Source: Opitutia bacterium (GTDB taxonomy: Bacteria > Verrucomicrobiota > Verrucomicrobiia > Opitutales > T3Sed10-336). Taken from it: 64,000 nt of DNA. The notes beneath the pieces were generated by a model. It searched no databases. It was not told where the DNA came from and saw only the letters and a program-made list of their open reading frames with translations. The translations under genes and the position numbers were made by a program. The stretch spans positions 1-64,000 of the forward strand of contig JBJHCF010000019.1 in assembly GCA_050506795.1 (NCBI GenBank), read 5' to 3'. The stretch's first letter is position 1, and each line of letters begins with the position of its first letter. Shown here piece after piece: positions 19,713 through 29,862 of this stretch.

Positions 19713-20522
19713 TCACTTGAGGCTTTCGATGGAGTATCGAAGATCCTCTTCGGATCTGCTTTCTTTGCTCCAGCGGTAGAAGCACCAGGCGATGATAAAC
19801 ACCGAGCCGAATTTGGCCAGCAAGGTCATGAGGGCGCCGCCGATAATCTGGTCCTCGTGCGCGGAAATGCCGTAGATCCGGGGCGCGAGTTCATAGGTGG
19901 GGTAGAGGACATCGGGATAAAACGTGAGGTAAGCCGCCACGGGTACCTTGGCCACCGCGATGCAGAAGACCAGCAGGATGCTGGCGCCGTAACCGCAGGC
20001 CGGCACCCGGGTTGACTTGTTAAAAACCGCCCACCAGACGCCGAGCGCCGCCAGGAACATGGTGAGGTGTTCGATGTTGTGCACCAGCCGGTCGCGGAGC
20101 GCCCAGTCGTAAAGGGCGGGTATATGCCAGCCGCTCAACACCATAGTAAACAGGATGCCTGCCGTCACCGGCCGCGAAAGGAAACGAACCGTCGCGCGAA
20201 CCGGAGCCGGGCTCAGAACGGCATCGGCAAGCCAGGAGGGCAGTCCGGTGATGATCAGTATGGCGACCGGGTAAATGAGCAGGATGTGCTGCAACATGTG
20301 GGCGCTGAACAGGTAAACCTCGCCCAAAAGGTCCAGGGGGGAGCCCACGGTGAGGTAGAGCAGGACCAGGCCGCTGTAAAATCGAATCGCGTCCGCTGTC
20401 GGATAGGGTTCGCCCGGAGCCAGTCTCTCCCGGAAAGGTCCGGTTGCCAGGGCGTAGAGCCAGCCGGCCAGAAGCAGGGCTCCAATGAGCTCAGGTTCCG
20501 TATGCCAGTGCCACCAGTTCAT
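19713..20522 (-). CDS. ctaG: caa3-type cytochrome c oxidase assembly factor
   Basis: SPLD...YLFSAHMLQH, WHIPALYD, H..EH, DQIIGG. Confidence 0.85.
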   Translation of the reverse strand: MNWWHWHTEPELIGALLLAGWLYALATGPFRERLAPGEPYPTADAIRFYSGLVLLYLTVGSPLDLLGEVYLFSAHMLQHILLIYPVAILIITGLPSWLADAVLSPAPVRATVRFLSRPVTAGILFTMVLSGWHIPALYDWALRDRLVHNIEHLTMFLAALGVWWAVFNKSTRVPACGYGASILLVFCIAVAKVPVAAYLTFYPDVLYPTYELAPRIYGISAHEDQIIGGALMTLLAKFGSVFIIAWCFYRWSKESRSEEDLRYSIESLK

Positions 20523-20568
20523 GAGGAATCAGCGGCCGAATCCAGGCGAGCGCCTGGGGCGCGGCGAC

Positions 20569-20937
20569 TTAGACGTTGACTTCAAGACTTTCCACCCGCG
20601 GCGCCTGCATCAGGTCGTCATCGAAAGTCGGTTCGTGCGGATCGAAGTGGAAGATCGCCAGCAGGGCGGTGACCGTGCCACCCGCGATCACGAGACCCAG
20701 CATAAACAGAATGGTGCAGAAAAGCCTGTCCCACCGGAGGTGCATGAACCACCAGATGACGGCGAAAAACTTGATGGCCGAAAGGAAGACGAGGCTTCCC
20801 ACGATGACCCAGTAGGACAGCGGGATATAGATGATGACGATCTCGATCCCGGTGACCAGCGCGAGGAACATGGCCAGCCAGGTGAAGGTGAAAAATCGAG
20901 AGGTGTCTTCAGGTGTGTTGGGAAATGGTTTCTCCAT
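20569..20937 (-). CDS. Cytochrome c oxidase subunit IV
   Basis: Three TM helices, KF..V..WFMHLRWD; operon position. Confidence 0.85.
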   Translation of the reverse strand: MEKPFPNTPEDTSRFFTFTWLAMFLALVTGIEIVIIYIPLSYWVIVGSLVFLSAIKFFAVIWWFMHLRWDRLFCTILFMLGLVIAGGTVTALLAIFHFDPHEPTFDDDLMQAPRVESLEVNV

Positions 20938-20950
20938 GACGCGGCTCCGT

Positions 20951-21586
20951 TTACATATCGACGAACTCAAGCAGGAAGACGACGGTGAAGATGACGATCC
21001 AGACGATATCGACGAAGTGCCAGTAAAGCCCGGCTACCTCCACATCCAGTTCGGATTTGTGGTTCATCTTCCCAGAGAACGAGTAGAAGTAGTAGGTCAT
21101 AAGCCAGATGATCCCGATGATCACGTGGATCTTGTGGGTGCCCGTGAGAGTGTAAAACGTGGATCCGAAAAGGCTGCTGGAGAGTGTCAGCCCGTGTTCG
21201 TTGACGAAGTAATACCACTCGTAGCTCTGAATGCCGAGAAACCCGAAACCCATCAGCACGGTCGCCAGTATGTACCAGCGAAAGCTCTTGAGATTGTTTT
21301 TGCCGATGGCGTGCACGCTCAACGCCATCATGAGACTGCTCATCAGCAACAGGAACGTGCTGATGGAAACGATTTCGATGTCGAGGATGGGCCCCAGGTC
21401 GGGCGAACCCGGAGGGGGCGAAAGACGATACACCATGTGAGTGGCGATCAGGCATCCGAAAAACATGCAATCGGAGGCCAGGAAGGCCCACATAAACATT
21501 TTCTTGTTCGGAATCCCCGTGCAGGTGGCGTGTTCGCCGTGCGCGTCGTGGGAATCGTCGGCGTAGGTGACTGCGGTCTGACTCAT
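20951..21586 (-). CDS. ctaE: Cytochrome c oxidase subunit III
   Basis: WAFLASDCMFF, FYTLTGTH, GLYWHFVDIVW. Confidence 0.93.
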   Translation of the reverse strand: MSQTAVTYADDSHDAHGEHATCTGIPNKKMFMWAFLASDCMFFGCLIATHMVYRLSPPPGSPDLGPILDIEIVSISTFLLLMSSLMMALSVHAIGKNNLKSFRWYILATVLMGFGFLGIQSYEWYYFVNEHGLTLSSSLFGSTFYTLTGTHKIHVIIGIIWLMTYYFYSFSGKMNHKSELDVEVAGLYWHFVDIVWIVIFTVVFLLEFVDM

Positions 21587-23562
21587 TTCGCTTTAGCGGA
21601 AGATTCGTTATCTTGTGCGTCCTGTTCAGGATGCAGGTGGTACCCGCCGGGGCCTTCAAAGGCCCAGGCAAAAATGGCTCCGATGGTGATAAGCAGGCCC
21701 GTGATCGGCCAGAAAAGGGTCCCGAAGCCAAGGAAATTGCCGTAGTCGGATTTCAGGAACGCCATACCGTAGGCGCCGATCAGCAGGCCGATGGAGGCGA
21801 TCAGCGGGAACCAGGACGGGCTTGGCATGTGGATGCTCGACTCGGCTTTCTCCTCGTCCATCAGCTTTTTCTTTTCCGGAATCATTTTCCGGGCCCAGAA
21901 TTCGTCGCGTGAGGTGACCTTAGGCACCGCGGCGAAATTGTACTCCGGCGGCGGCGAAGGCAGGCTCCACTCCAGCGTGCGCGCATCCCAGGGGTCGTTC
22001 CCGGCTTTGACGCCGCGTTTAAGGGTGATGAAGAGGTGGTAGAGGAACAGCAAAATCCCGAAACCCAGTACCAGGGAACCCACGGTGGAGACGAAATTCC
22101 AGGTGTTGAGACCCATGTCCGCATCGTACTGGTAGGTCCGGCGCGGCATGCCGCCCAGGCCGAGGAAGTGATGGGGGAAGAATGTGACGTTGAATCCGGC
22201 GAACATGATCCAAAAGACCCATTTGCCGAGAGTTTCGGTGAACATCTTCCCGGAGATCTTGGGTATCCAGTAATACATGCCGGTGAATAGGGCGAAGAGA
22301 CTGCCCCCGATGAGCACGTAATGGAAGTGCGCCACCACAAAATAAGTGTCGTGCTGCTGGCCGTCGGCCGGAGCGGCCGCGTGCATGATACCGCTGAATC
22401 CGCCGATCATGAACATCCAGATGAATCCCAGAGCGAACAGCATGGGCGTCGTGAAACGGATCTGACCGCCCCACATCGTGCCGATCCAATTGAAGATTTT
22501 GACCCCGGTGGGAACGGCGATCGCCATGGTGGCCAGGGCAAAGGCCGTTTTGGCTATGGTGCTGAGGCCGGTGGTGAACATGTGGTGCGCCCAGACGGCG
22601 AAACCGAGAACGCCGATGATCACACCGGAGAACACAATAATGGCGTAACCGAACAGTGGTTTGCGCGAAAAGGTGGGCAACACCTCGGATACAATACCCA
22701 TGGCGGGCAGGATCAAAATATAGACCTCGGGGTGTCCGAAGATCCAAAAGAGGTGCTGCCAGAGTATCGGCTGACCGCCGAAAACCGGTTCGAAGAATCC
22801 GGTGCCGAACATGCGGTCCATCATGAGGCAAGCCAGGGCGATGGTGATCGCGGGAAAGGCCAGAATGATGAGGAACGATGTCACCAGCACCATCCAGGTG
22901 AAGACCGGAAGGCGCATCATGGTCATGCCGGGAGCGCGCATGTTGATTATGGTGACAATGAAATTCAGGGCCGCGACAATGGAGGCGATTCCCAGTATTT
23001 GCAGACCGAATACCCAAAAGTCAGTGCCGATTCCCGAGTAATTGGACGAAGTGAGGTTGGCGTATCCGAACCAGCCGATTTTAGGCACGGCGTCGCCGAT
23101 GGCCGGAAGCATGTTGAGAAACCAGCCGGTATTGATAAAGATTCCGCCCGCCAGAAAGGTCCAGAGGCTGAAAGCGTTGAGGCGCGGGAAGGCGACGTCA
23201 CGCGCACCGATCTGCAACGGAATCATGTAGTTGAAGAAAGCGGCCCCCAACGGCATGACCGCCAGGAAGATCATGGTGGTGCCGTGCATGGTGAACAGTT
23301 CGTTGTAGAACTGGGCCGAAATCAGGTCGTTGTTCGGCACGGCCAACTGCAATCGGATGATGAGCGCTTCGATTCCCCCCACGATAAGGAAGAAGAGGGC
23401 CGCCAGGCCGTACATGATCCCGATTTTTTTGTGATCGACCGTGGTGAGCCAGCCGACCACTCCGGTGGTGGCGGTGGGTCGGCTGAAAAGGCGCGAACGT
23501 CCCGAAGTATTGGCTTCCGGCGCGCCGGCTATCAAGTTGCCTTGGATTCCTTGGTTCTCCAT
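21583..23562 (-). CDS. ctaD: Cytochrome c oxidase subunit I (A1-type)
   Basis: TVDHKKIG, TMHGTTM, WIFGHPEVYILILP, WAHHMF, VVAHFHY. Confidence 0.97.
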   Translation of the reverse strand: MENQGIQGNLIAGAPEANTSGRSRLFSRPTATTGVVGWLTTVDHKKIGIMYGLAALFFLIVGGIEALIIRLQLAVPNNDLISAQFYNELFTMHGTTMIFLAVMPLGAAFFNYMIPLQIGARDVAFPRLNAFSLWTFLAGGIFINTGWFLNMLPAIGDAVPKIGWFGYANLTSSNYSGIGTDFWVFGLQILGIASIVAALNFIVTIINMRAPGMTMMRLPVFTWMVLVTSFLIILAFPAITIALACLMMDRMFGTGFFEPVFGGQPILWQHLFWIFGHPEVYILILPAMGIVSEVLPTFSRKPLFGYAIIVFSGVIIGVLGFAVWAHHMFTTGLSTIAKTAFALATMAIAVPTGVKIFNWIGTMWGGQIRFTTPMLFALGFIWMFMIGGFSGIMHAAAPADGQQHDTYFVVAHFHYVLIGGSLFALFTGMYYWIPKISGKMFTETLGKWVFWIMFAGFNVTFFPHHFLGLGGMPRRTYQYDADMGLNTWNFVSTVGSLVLGFGILLFLYHLFITLKRGVKAGNDPWDARTLEWSLPSPPPEYNFAAVPKVTSRDEFWARKMIPEKKKLMDEEKAESSIHMPSPSWFPLIASIGLLIGAYGMAFLKSDYGNFLGFGTLFWPITGLLITIGAIFAWAFEGPGGYHLHPEQDAQDNESSAKAK

Positions 23563-23570
23563 GTGTGTGG

Positions 23571-24650
23571 CTATTTCAATGATTGCAGGTAGGCGCTGAG
23601 CGCTTCGATGTCGTCATCGCTGAGATTGCGGACCTGGGGGTCGAGGGCCATGAGGTTGCCCGGCTTGAAGCCGTTCGGGTCCCGCAGCCAGTGGAAAAGG
23701 TTCTCCGGTGTGTTGTCCGCCATACCCGCGCCCAGGGTTTTGCGACTGCCGAAATGGGTGAGATCCGGGCCCGCAAGTCCCATCGCTCCCGTGCCCTGGA
23801 TGGCATGACAGCCCATACATCCGCGGCTTCGGAATAGTTCCGATCCTGTCACGACGAGTTGGTCATCCTCATCGGGTTCCACCGCGTCCGAACGCTGGTG
23901 TTCCAGCCAGGCCTGAAAATCGTCTTCTTCCATCGCGAAAACCCGAAACTTCATGTTCGCGTGCGATTCGCCGCAGAACTCCGCGCACTGCCCCCAGTAC
24001 TGGCCGGGCACGTCGGCCTGGAGCCACATCCAGTTGTTTCGGTTCGGGATCATGTCGATCTTGCCACCCAGACGCGGTATCCAAAAACTGTGGATCACAT
24101 CGACGGTGCGCAGATTGAACTTCACTTTTCGTCCGACCGGAATGGCGATTTCGTTCGCGGTGACCACATCTTTGTCCGGGTATTCAAATGCCCACCACCA
24201 CTGGTAGGCAATGACGTCGATCACCAACATATCCTCATCCTCCGGCAATTCGTAGATGTCGTAGATTGCGCGTACGGTAGGCACGGCGATGATGACCAGA
24301 AGAAAGACGGCGGCGGCGATAAGCCCGATTTCTACCAGCGGATGCCCGTGGGTCTGAGCGGGAGGCGGCTTGTCCGCGTCACCGGGCCTTTGGCGGAAGC
24401 GGAACGTGGCATAGGCCAGGACACCGCCGACTGTGACAAAGATGAAGAGCGTCACCCAGAGGGTCACATAGAAGAGGTCGAGTTGCTGCTGAGCGACCGG
24501 ACCACGCACTTCAAAAGTCGATTGGTGGCCGCCGCTGAACCATTCCAAGGGACCGTCGAACTGACCGCAGCCGACAAAGAACAAAGTCAACGCCAGGAGG
24601 GCGGTGAGCCGGATGGATTTGCGCACTGTCGAAAACGAAATTGGAAACAT
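23571..24650 (-). CDS. ctaC: Cytochrome c oxidase subunit II fused to cytochrome c (caa3-type)
   Basis: DVIHSFW, CuA CAEFCGESHANM, heme motif CMGCH, lipobox-like FVGC. Confidence 0.95.
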   Translation of the reverse strand: MFPISFSTVRKSIRLTALLALTLFFVGCGQFDGPLEWFSGGHQSTFEVRGPVAQQQLDLFYVTLWVTLFIFVTVGGVLAYATFRFRQRPGDADKPPPAQTHGHPLVEIGLIAAAVFLLVIIAVPTVRAIYDIYELPEDEDMLVIDVIAYQWWWAFEYPDKDVVTANEIAIPVGRKVKFNLRTVDVIHSFWIPRLGGKIDMIPNRNNWMWLQADVPGQYWGQCAEFCGESHANMKFRVFAMEEDDFQAWLEHQRSDAVEPDEDDQLVVTGSELFRSRGCMGCHAIQGTGAMGLAGPDLTHFGSRKTLGAGMADNTPENLFHWLRDPNGFKPGNLMALDPQVRNLSDDDIEALSAYLQSLK

Positions 24651-24935
24651 GACGACTGTTGAGGAAAGGTTTTCCGCAGAGGATGCGTCGAGCACGAAAG
24701 CGGAAAAGAAACGGAAACCGCAAGCCTATTCATTGCGGCCGGCGATTCGCGAGCGGGAAAAGCCGCTCTTTCGGCATTATTAGATTAACTAAATCAAGCG
24801 AACCCGGCGTCCTCGAAAACTGGTGACGTTCCCGCCCGCCTCCCGAGCGGTCTGCCGCCGGACCGGCGGATGCGGCCCCGACGGAAAAAACCGGCTCGCC
24901 TTGATGGAAGCCAAGAAATGGAATTAGGTTAAGGT

Positions 24936-25523
24936 ATGAAAGCGATTAGTATCCTGTCCCGAGCCGCTCTGTATTCTGTTCTGCTTTTGGGACTGATTGG
25001 AGCTTCCGGTTGTGAACCCGGCGGCCAGTCCGATGCGCCGGTGCCGGTGGATCCGGAAGCCGCCGACCGGGAAAGTGAAGCCCTGGAGGATGCGGTGGAG
25101 GCGATGGACGACGACGATGAGGTGGCGGTTTTTGAAATCACCGCCGACGACGGCATGCGTTTCGGACTGAACGCCTTCGAGGTGACACCGGGGCAGAGGG
25201 TTGCGGTGGTGTTGGAGAATATCGGCGAAATGCCGGTGGAGGCGATGGGACATAATTTCGTCCTCCTGGCCCTGGGGACAGACGTCAATGCCTTCGCCAA
25301 CGCCGCGATTCCTCATGAGGACAACCACTATATTTCACCCGAACGGGAGGACGAGGTCCTGGCCGCCACCCGGATCCTGGGGCCGGGGGAAAGCGAGCGT
25401 TTGACCTTTACCGCTCCGGAGATCCCCGGCGAGTACGATTACATTTGTACCTTTCCCGGGCACACGGCAGCCGGTATGGCGGGGGTTATGACGGTGCGGG
25501 CCGAAGACGAGGCGGAGGAGTAG
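24936..25523 (+). CDS. Azurin/auracyanin-like blue copper lipoprotein
   Basis: Lipobox ASGC, MGHNFVL, YICTFPGH...M type-1 Cu ligands. Confidence 0.9.
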   Translation: MKAISILSRAALYSVLLLGLIGASGCEPGGQSDAPVPVDPEAADRESEALEDAVEAMDDDDEVAVFEITADDGMRFGLNAFEVTPGQRVAVVLENIGEMPVEAMGHNFVLLALGTDVNAFANAAIPHEDNHYISPEREDEVLAATRILGPGESERLTFTAPEIPGEYDYICTFPGHTAAGMAGVMTVRAEDEAEE

Positions 25524-25540
25524 GGCGGCGGCCCGAACGG

Positions 25541-26317
25541 TTAGGAAACTCGGGGTTCCCGGCGGAGCAACCCCAGGAGGAACTCCCGGTTGCCGTCGGC
25601 GCCCCGGAGGGGGGAGTCAATCGTTCCGATCAAGGTGGCGGCAGGGAGCGTTTCCAGAGCGAAGGTGCGGATTTCGTCCAGGACGCGCTGCTGGACCGCC
25701 GGATCCTTGATGACCCCGGCGCCGCGGTCGACTTCCCGGCGGTCGGCTTCGAACTGCGGTTTGACCAGGGCCGCAAGCCAGCCGCCGGGTTTGAGGCAGT
25801 TCCAGGCGGGCGACAACACCAGGCGAAGGGAGATGAAGGAAAGGTCCATGACGACGCCGTCGTAGGCGGGCTGGGGCAGGAGGTCGGGAGTGAGGTGACG
25901 GGCGTTGAGTTTTTCGATGTTGGTCACCCGGGGATCGGAGCGGAGTTTTCCGTGTAGCTGACCGCGACCGACATCGACGCAGGTGACCGCGGTGGCGCCG
26001 CGTTGCAGCAGACAGTCGGTGAATCCTCCGGTGGAGGCGCCGACGTCGAGGAACACGCCGCCTTCGACGGGCATGGGGTGGGCTGCGAGGAAGGCTTCCA
26101 GTTTTTCACCTCCGCGTCCGACAAAACGCGGCGGTTGTATCAGGGTAAGCGGAATGGTTTCCGGGTAGGTTTTGCCGGGCTTGTCCAGGACTTCATCGCC
26201 GCGCCGCACTTTGCCCGCCATGATCAGGGCCCGCGCCTGGGAGCGGGTCTCGCAAAGGCCCCGCCCGACAACGAGTTCGTCGAGACGGAGTTTTTTCTCC
26301 TTTGAAGAGGACGTCAT
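25541..26317 (-). CDS. tlyA: TlyA-family rRNA methyltransferase
   Basis: S4 domain [47 protein letters not shown]. Confidence 0.93.
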   Translation of the reverse strand: MTSSSKEKKLRLDELVVGRGLCETRSQARALIMAGKVRRGDEVLDKPGKTYPETIPLTLIQPPRFVGRGGEKLEAFLAAHPMPVEGGVFLDVGASTGGFTDCLLQRGATAVTCVDVGRGQLHGKLRSDPRVTNIEKLNARHLTPDLLPQPAYDGVVMDLSFISLRLVLSPAWNCLKPGGWLAALVKPQFEADRREVDRGAGVIKDPAVQQRVLDEIRTFALETLPAATLIGTIDSPLRGADGNREFLLGLLRREPRVS

Positions 26318-26397
26318 CAGGAACCTCATGCCGGAAAACCGGGGGCTTGGCAATTTTCTCTGTTCATTGACCTGCGGCTCTTTGATAATCGGAGTCT

Positions 26398-27081
26398 ATG
26401 AGTTCAATCGAAGCCTTGCAGGCGACCATGGCGAAGTTACGGGGCCCGGACGGTTGTCCCTGGGATCGCGAGCAGGACCACCGATCGCTGGCCCGATGCC
26501 TGGTCGAGGAGTGCGCCGAGTTGCTCGACACTATCGACCGGGGAGACATGGAGCACATGAAGGAGGAGTTGGGCGATGTCCTGCTCCAGGTGGTGTTTCA
26601 TGCCCGTATGGCGGAGGAGGCGGGGCACTTTGATTTTGACGCCGTGGCGGCGGCGATAAATGAAAAGCTCTTGCGGCGGCATCCCCATGTTTTCGGCGAC
26701 CTGGATCTGGCCGATTCGGCGGCCGTCCTGGTGGAGTGGGAGAAGATCAAGGCCCGGGAGAAGAAACCTTCGGCCGCCGCGGAAGAGGATGGCATCTTCA
26801 GCAAACTGCCGCCCGCCTTGCCTGCCCTGCTCTACGCCTGGAACCTGGTCAAGGAGCTTGAAAAGCGTACTCTGGGTGTCCCGGACGCGATGCCGGTACG
26901 GCCCGAAACGATTGAGGCCATGGCGGAGGGGCTCGACGAGGAGAAGGCCGGAGCCCTGCTGTTTGAGATGGCGGCGGCCTGTCGCCGCGCGGGGGTGGAT
27001 CCGGAGTCCGCCCTGCGGCGTTTCTCCCGCCGCGTGGGGGACGCGGTGCAGACGGAGATCGAGAATGGCATTGAATCGTGA
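26398..27081 (+). CDS. mazG: MazG-family nucleoside triphosphate pyrophosphohydrolase
   Basis: LRGPDGCPWDREQ, EELGDVLLQVVFH, KLLRRHPHVFG. Confidence 0.92.
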   Translation: MSSIEALQATMAKLRGPDGCPWDREQDHRSLARCLVEECAELLDTIDRGDMEHMKEELGDVLLQVVFHARMAEEAGHFDFDAVAAAINEKLLRRHPHVFGDLDLADSAAVLVEWEKIKAREKKPSAAAEEDGIFSKLPPALPALLYAWNLVKELEKRTLGVPDAMPVRPETIEAMAEGLDEEKAGALLFEMAAACRRAGVDPESALRRFSRRVGDAVQTEIENGIES

Positions 27082-27853
27082 TTCCGAAATTGCTGGATCG
27101 GATACGGCGGCCAGGGTATTGCGTCTGCGCATGTACGACGGCGACCGCGAGGTGCCGTACCGGGTGTGTCGTTCGGCGCGTGCCCGGTCGATTCGGATCT
27201 CCATCGATCGCGACTACGCCATTACCCTGACCCTCCCGCGGGGCGCTTCCGAGCGGGAGGGAGTGGATTTTCTGGAGAGCAAGGCGGCCTGGTTGCGGCG
27301 TCATTTGTCCCGGCAGCGGCCACGCACGGGACTGCTGGAATTCCTGCGACGCGATCCGGCGGTCAGCCTGGAGGGGCAGCGGGTTCCGCTGGAGGTCCTC
27401 GGGAATGCGTCGAGAACGGCGCTGCGTTTCAGCCGGGGCGGAGCCAAAATCGTGGTGGAAGCCGTATCGTCGGATCTGGGTGAAGCCGAAATGGTCGAAC
27501 TCCTCCGGGGGTTGGCGGCGCGCGCGCTCGCCTGGCGAACCGAGACGCTGGCCGAACAGCACGGGTTCGCGGTCCGTCGAATATCGGTCCGGGATCAGTC
27601 CAGCCGCTGGGGCTCCTGTTCCAGCGGCGGCACCGTATCCCTGAATTGGAGGTTGTTGCTGGTGCCGCCGGAGGTGCAGGATTACGTGATCCGGCACGAG
27701 TTGGCCCACCTCCGGCACATGAACCATTCTCCCCGTTTTTGGAGCGAATTGTGCCGCCTGGATCCTCTGGCCCGAGAGCGGGATCGCTGGCTCACTGAGG
27801 CCGGGGAAGCGGTGATGGCCTTGGGAAGGAAGGTGAAATCCTCCGCCTCATAG
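27065..27853 (+). CDS. YgjP/DUF45 (SprT-like) zinc-dependent hydrolase
   Basis: SRWGSCS, LNWRL, YVIRHELAHL.HMNHS.RFW; overlaps mazG. Confidence 0.88.
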   Translation: MALNRDSEIAGSDTAARVLRLRMYDGDREVPYRVCRSARARSIRISIDRDYAITLTLPRGASEREGVDFLESKAAWLRRHLSRQRPRTGLLEFLRRDPAVSLEGQRVPLEVLGNASRTALRFSRGGAKIVVEAVSSDLGEAEMVELLRGLAARALAWRTETLAEQHGFAVRRISVRDQSSRWGSCSSGGTVSLNWRLLLVPPEVQDYVIRHELAHLRHMNHSPRFWSELCRLDPLARERDRWLTEAGEAVMALGRKVKSSAS

Positions 27854-27866
27854 CAGGTTTCAATCT

Positions 27867-29780
27867 CTAGTCGATGTACGGGGTATATTCCGGGATAAAT
27901 CGCTGGATACGCAGTTTGATTTGGCTGGGGTCGCCCTGGTAGAGCATCTTGCGCAATTCCGCAATGAAGCGATCAACTTTTTCGAGATCCGGGATTTCGT
28001 TCTCCGTGAAGCGCAGGCGGAGAATTTTGTTGTGGTGTGTTTTTCCGGCTTGGGAGTCGTTTGGCCGGAATACCTCGGTCACGTTGCTGCCGGGGCGGAG
28101 GCCGGTGAACTCGATCTGCAGATCAATATCCGGCTGCAGACCGCTGAGTTCGATCATTTGACGAGCCAGATCACGGATCGGCATGGCTTGTCCGTTGTCC
28201 AGATAAAGAACGTCTCCGGGATCGCCCCGTGCCGCGCATTCCAAAAGAAGGGAACAGGTTTCCGGAATGGAGACCAGTTGACGCACCGCGTCCGGATGGG
28301 AGATACGCACCGGTCCCCCGTTGGCAATCTGGCGGGAAAAGGTGTCGATATAACTTCCGGCGGATCCGAGGGCGTTGCCGAAACGGACGGAAATAAAACG
28401 GGTGCCGTCGGGTTGGCGCTGCTGCAGAGCCTGCAGGCAAAGTTCCGCGAGCCTTTTGCCCGCTCCCATAACATCGGAGGGTTTCAGCGCGCTGTCGGAG
28501 GAGGTGAAAATAAAGCGGCTCACCCGGTGAGCCTGGGCTAAACGGGCAAGATGCAGGGTGCCGAAAACGTTGTTCTTAAGTGCTTCACCCGGCTGCTGCT
28601 CCATCATCGCCGCCTGCTTGTGGGCGGCGGCGTGGAAAACCACGTTCGGTTGGTGCTGTCGGAAGACGGCCTCCATTCTCGCCGGGTCGAGGATGTTTCC
28701 CACCAGGGGAAGAATCTTGGCGCCGTGACCCAACTGAATCAGTTCCTGCTCAATCTGGAAAAGCTGTACCTCGCATTGCTCCAGCAGAAGCAGTTTGTCG
28801 GGACGCTCGACCAGAATGCGGCGGCAGAGCTCGGCGCCGATGCTTCCCCCGGCACCGGTCACCAGCACGACCGAATCGTGGATGCAGGCTTTGATCGCCT
28901 CCCCCGAGGTTTCCACCGGTTCGCTTTCCAGAAGGTCCTCAACTCCCACCGCGCGCAATTGACTGACCCGAACCTCCCCGGTGGCAAGTTGATGGACCGA
29001 GGGAATCGTCGTGAATTTCAGTTTCGCCTGCTGCAGGATGGCGATCACCTCGCGAATCCTCTTCGCCGGCGCCCCGGGCATGGCGATGACCACTTCGTCG
29101 ATTCGTGCGCGAACGGCTTCATCAAGCAGCATCTCCGGCGATCCCAGGATCGGCAGGTCGTGGATGCGCAGACCGTGCCGACGCGAATCCGAATCAAAGA
29201 AGGCCACCGGTTTCCGTTTCAGGGAAGGACGGTAAAAAAGCTCCTTCACCAGGTTGGCCGCCGCGTCCTCGGATCCGATGATTCCCACCCGGCGGACATG
29301 GCTTTCGTCCTCGTCTTGACGGATTTGGGATTGCTGGCCGTAGATGCGAATGAACAACCGCATGGTCGAAATTCCGCCGAAACTGAGGAAGAGATCGGCG
29401 AGAATCACCCCCCTGGGCGGAGCGAAATCGGTGCCCAGCAGGAAATAGACGATCAGCATGGCCACGGAAGCGGAGGCGAGGGCGAAAAAGATCTTAAACA
29501 GGTCGGGGGTGCTGTAAAAGCTCAGCACCGGATCGAATTGGCGAAAGAGTTCGATCAGAAGGAGCTTTATGGGAATGACCCAGATGAAAACCAACAGCAT
29601 GTCTTCCCGCGTCGCGGCGGGTACCGCGAAGTCGAAACGAAGCTGGTAGGCGAACCAGAGGCTGGCGATGCAGATGAAGGAATACGACGCGACCAGAAAG
29701 ACAAAACGGAGACCTGCGGCGCCTGAAAAACGCCTTTTCAAATTCCAGTCAAGCGAGGACAAACTGATCGGCCAACCCAT
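27867..29780 (-). CDS. PglF/WbpM/CapD-like nucleotide-sugar dehydratase with degenerate motifs
   Basis: 4 TM helices, CoA-binding-like domain, VTGAGGSIGAELCR, RFGN.LGS; start approximate. Confidence 0.85.
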   Translation of the reverse strand: MGWPISLSSLDWNLKRRFSGAAGLRFVFLVASYSFICIASLWFAYQLRFDFAVPAATREDMLLVFIWVIPIKLLLIELFRQFDPVLSFYSTPDLFKIFFALASASVAMLIVYFLLGTDFAPPRGVILADLFLSFGGISTMRLFIRIYGQQSQIRQDEDESHVRRVGIIGSEDAAANLVKELFYRPSLKRKPVAFFDSDSRRHGLRIHDLPILGSPEMLLDEAVRARIDEVVIAMPGAPAKRIREVIAILQQAKLKFTTIPSVHQLATGEVRVSQLRAVGVEDLLESEPVETSGEAIKACIHDSVVLVTGAGGSIGAELCRRILVERPDKLLLLEQCEVQLFQIEQELIQLGHGAKILPLVGNILDPARMEAVFRQHQPNVVFHAAAHKQAAMMEQQPGEALKNNVFGTLHLARLAQAHRVSRFIFTSSDSALKPSDVMGAGKRLAELCLQALQQRQPDGTRFISVRFGNALGSAGSYIDTFSRQIANGGPVRISHPDAVRQLVSIPETCSLLLECAARGDPGDVLYLDNGQAMPIRDLARQMIELSGLQPDIDLQIEFTGLRPGSNVTEVFRPNDSQAGKTHHNKILRLRFTENEIPDLEKVDRFIAELRKMLYQGDPSQIKLRIQRFIPEYTPYID

Positions 29781-29862
29781 GGTTTCAAACCTGCACGTTG
29801 CCCGCTTGCCGGAACGGGGTAAAGCCCTTTCTGGGGCAACCGGCGTTGGTGAGGACCACGGA

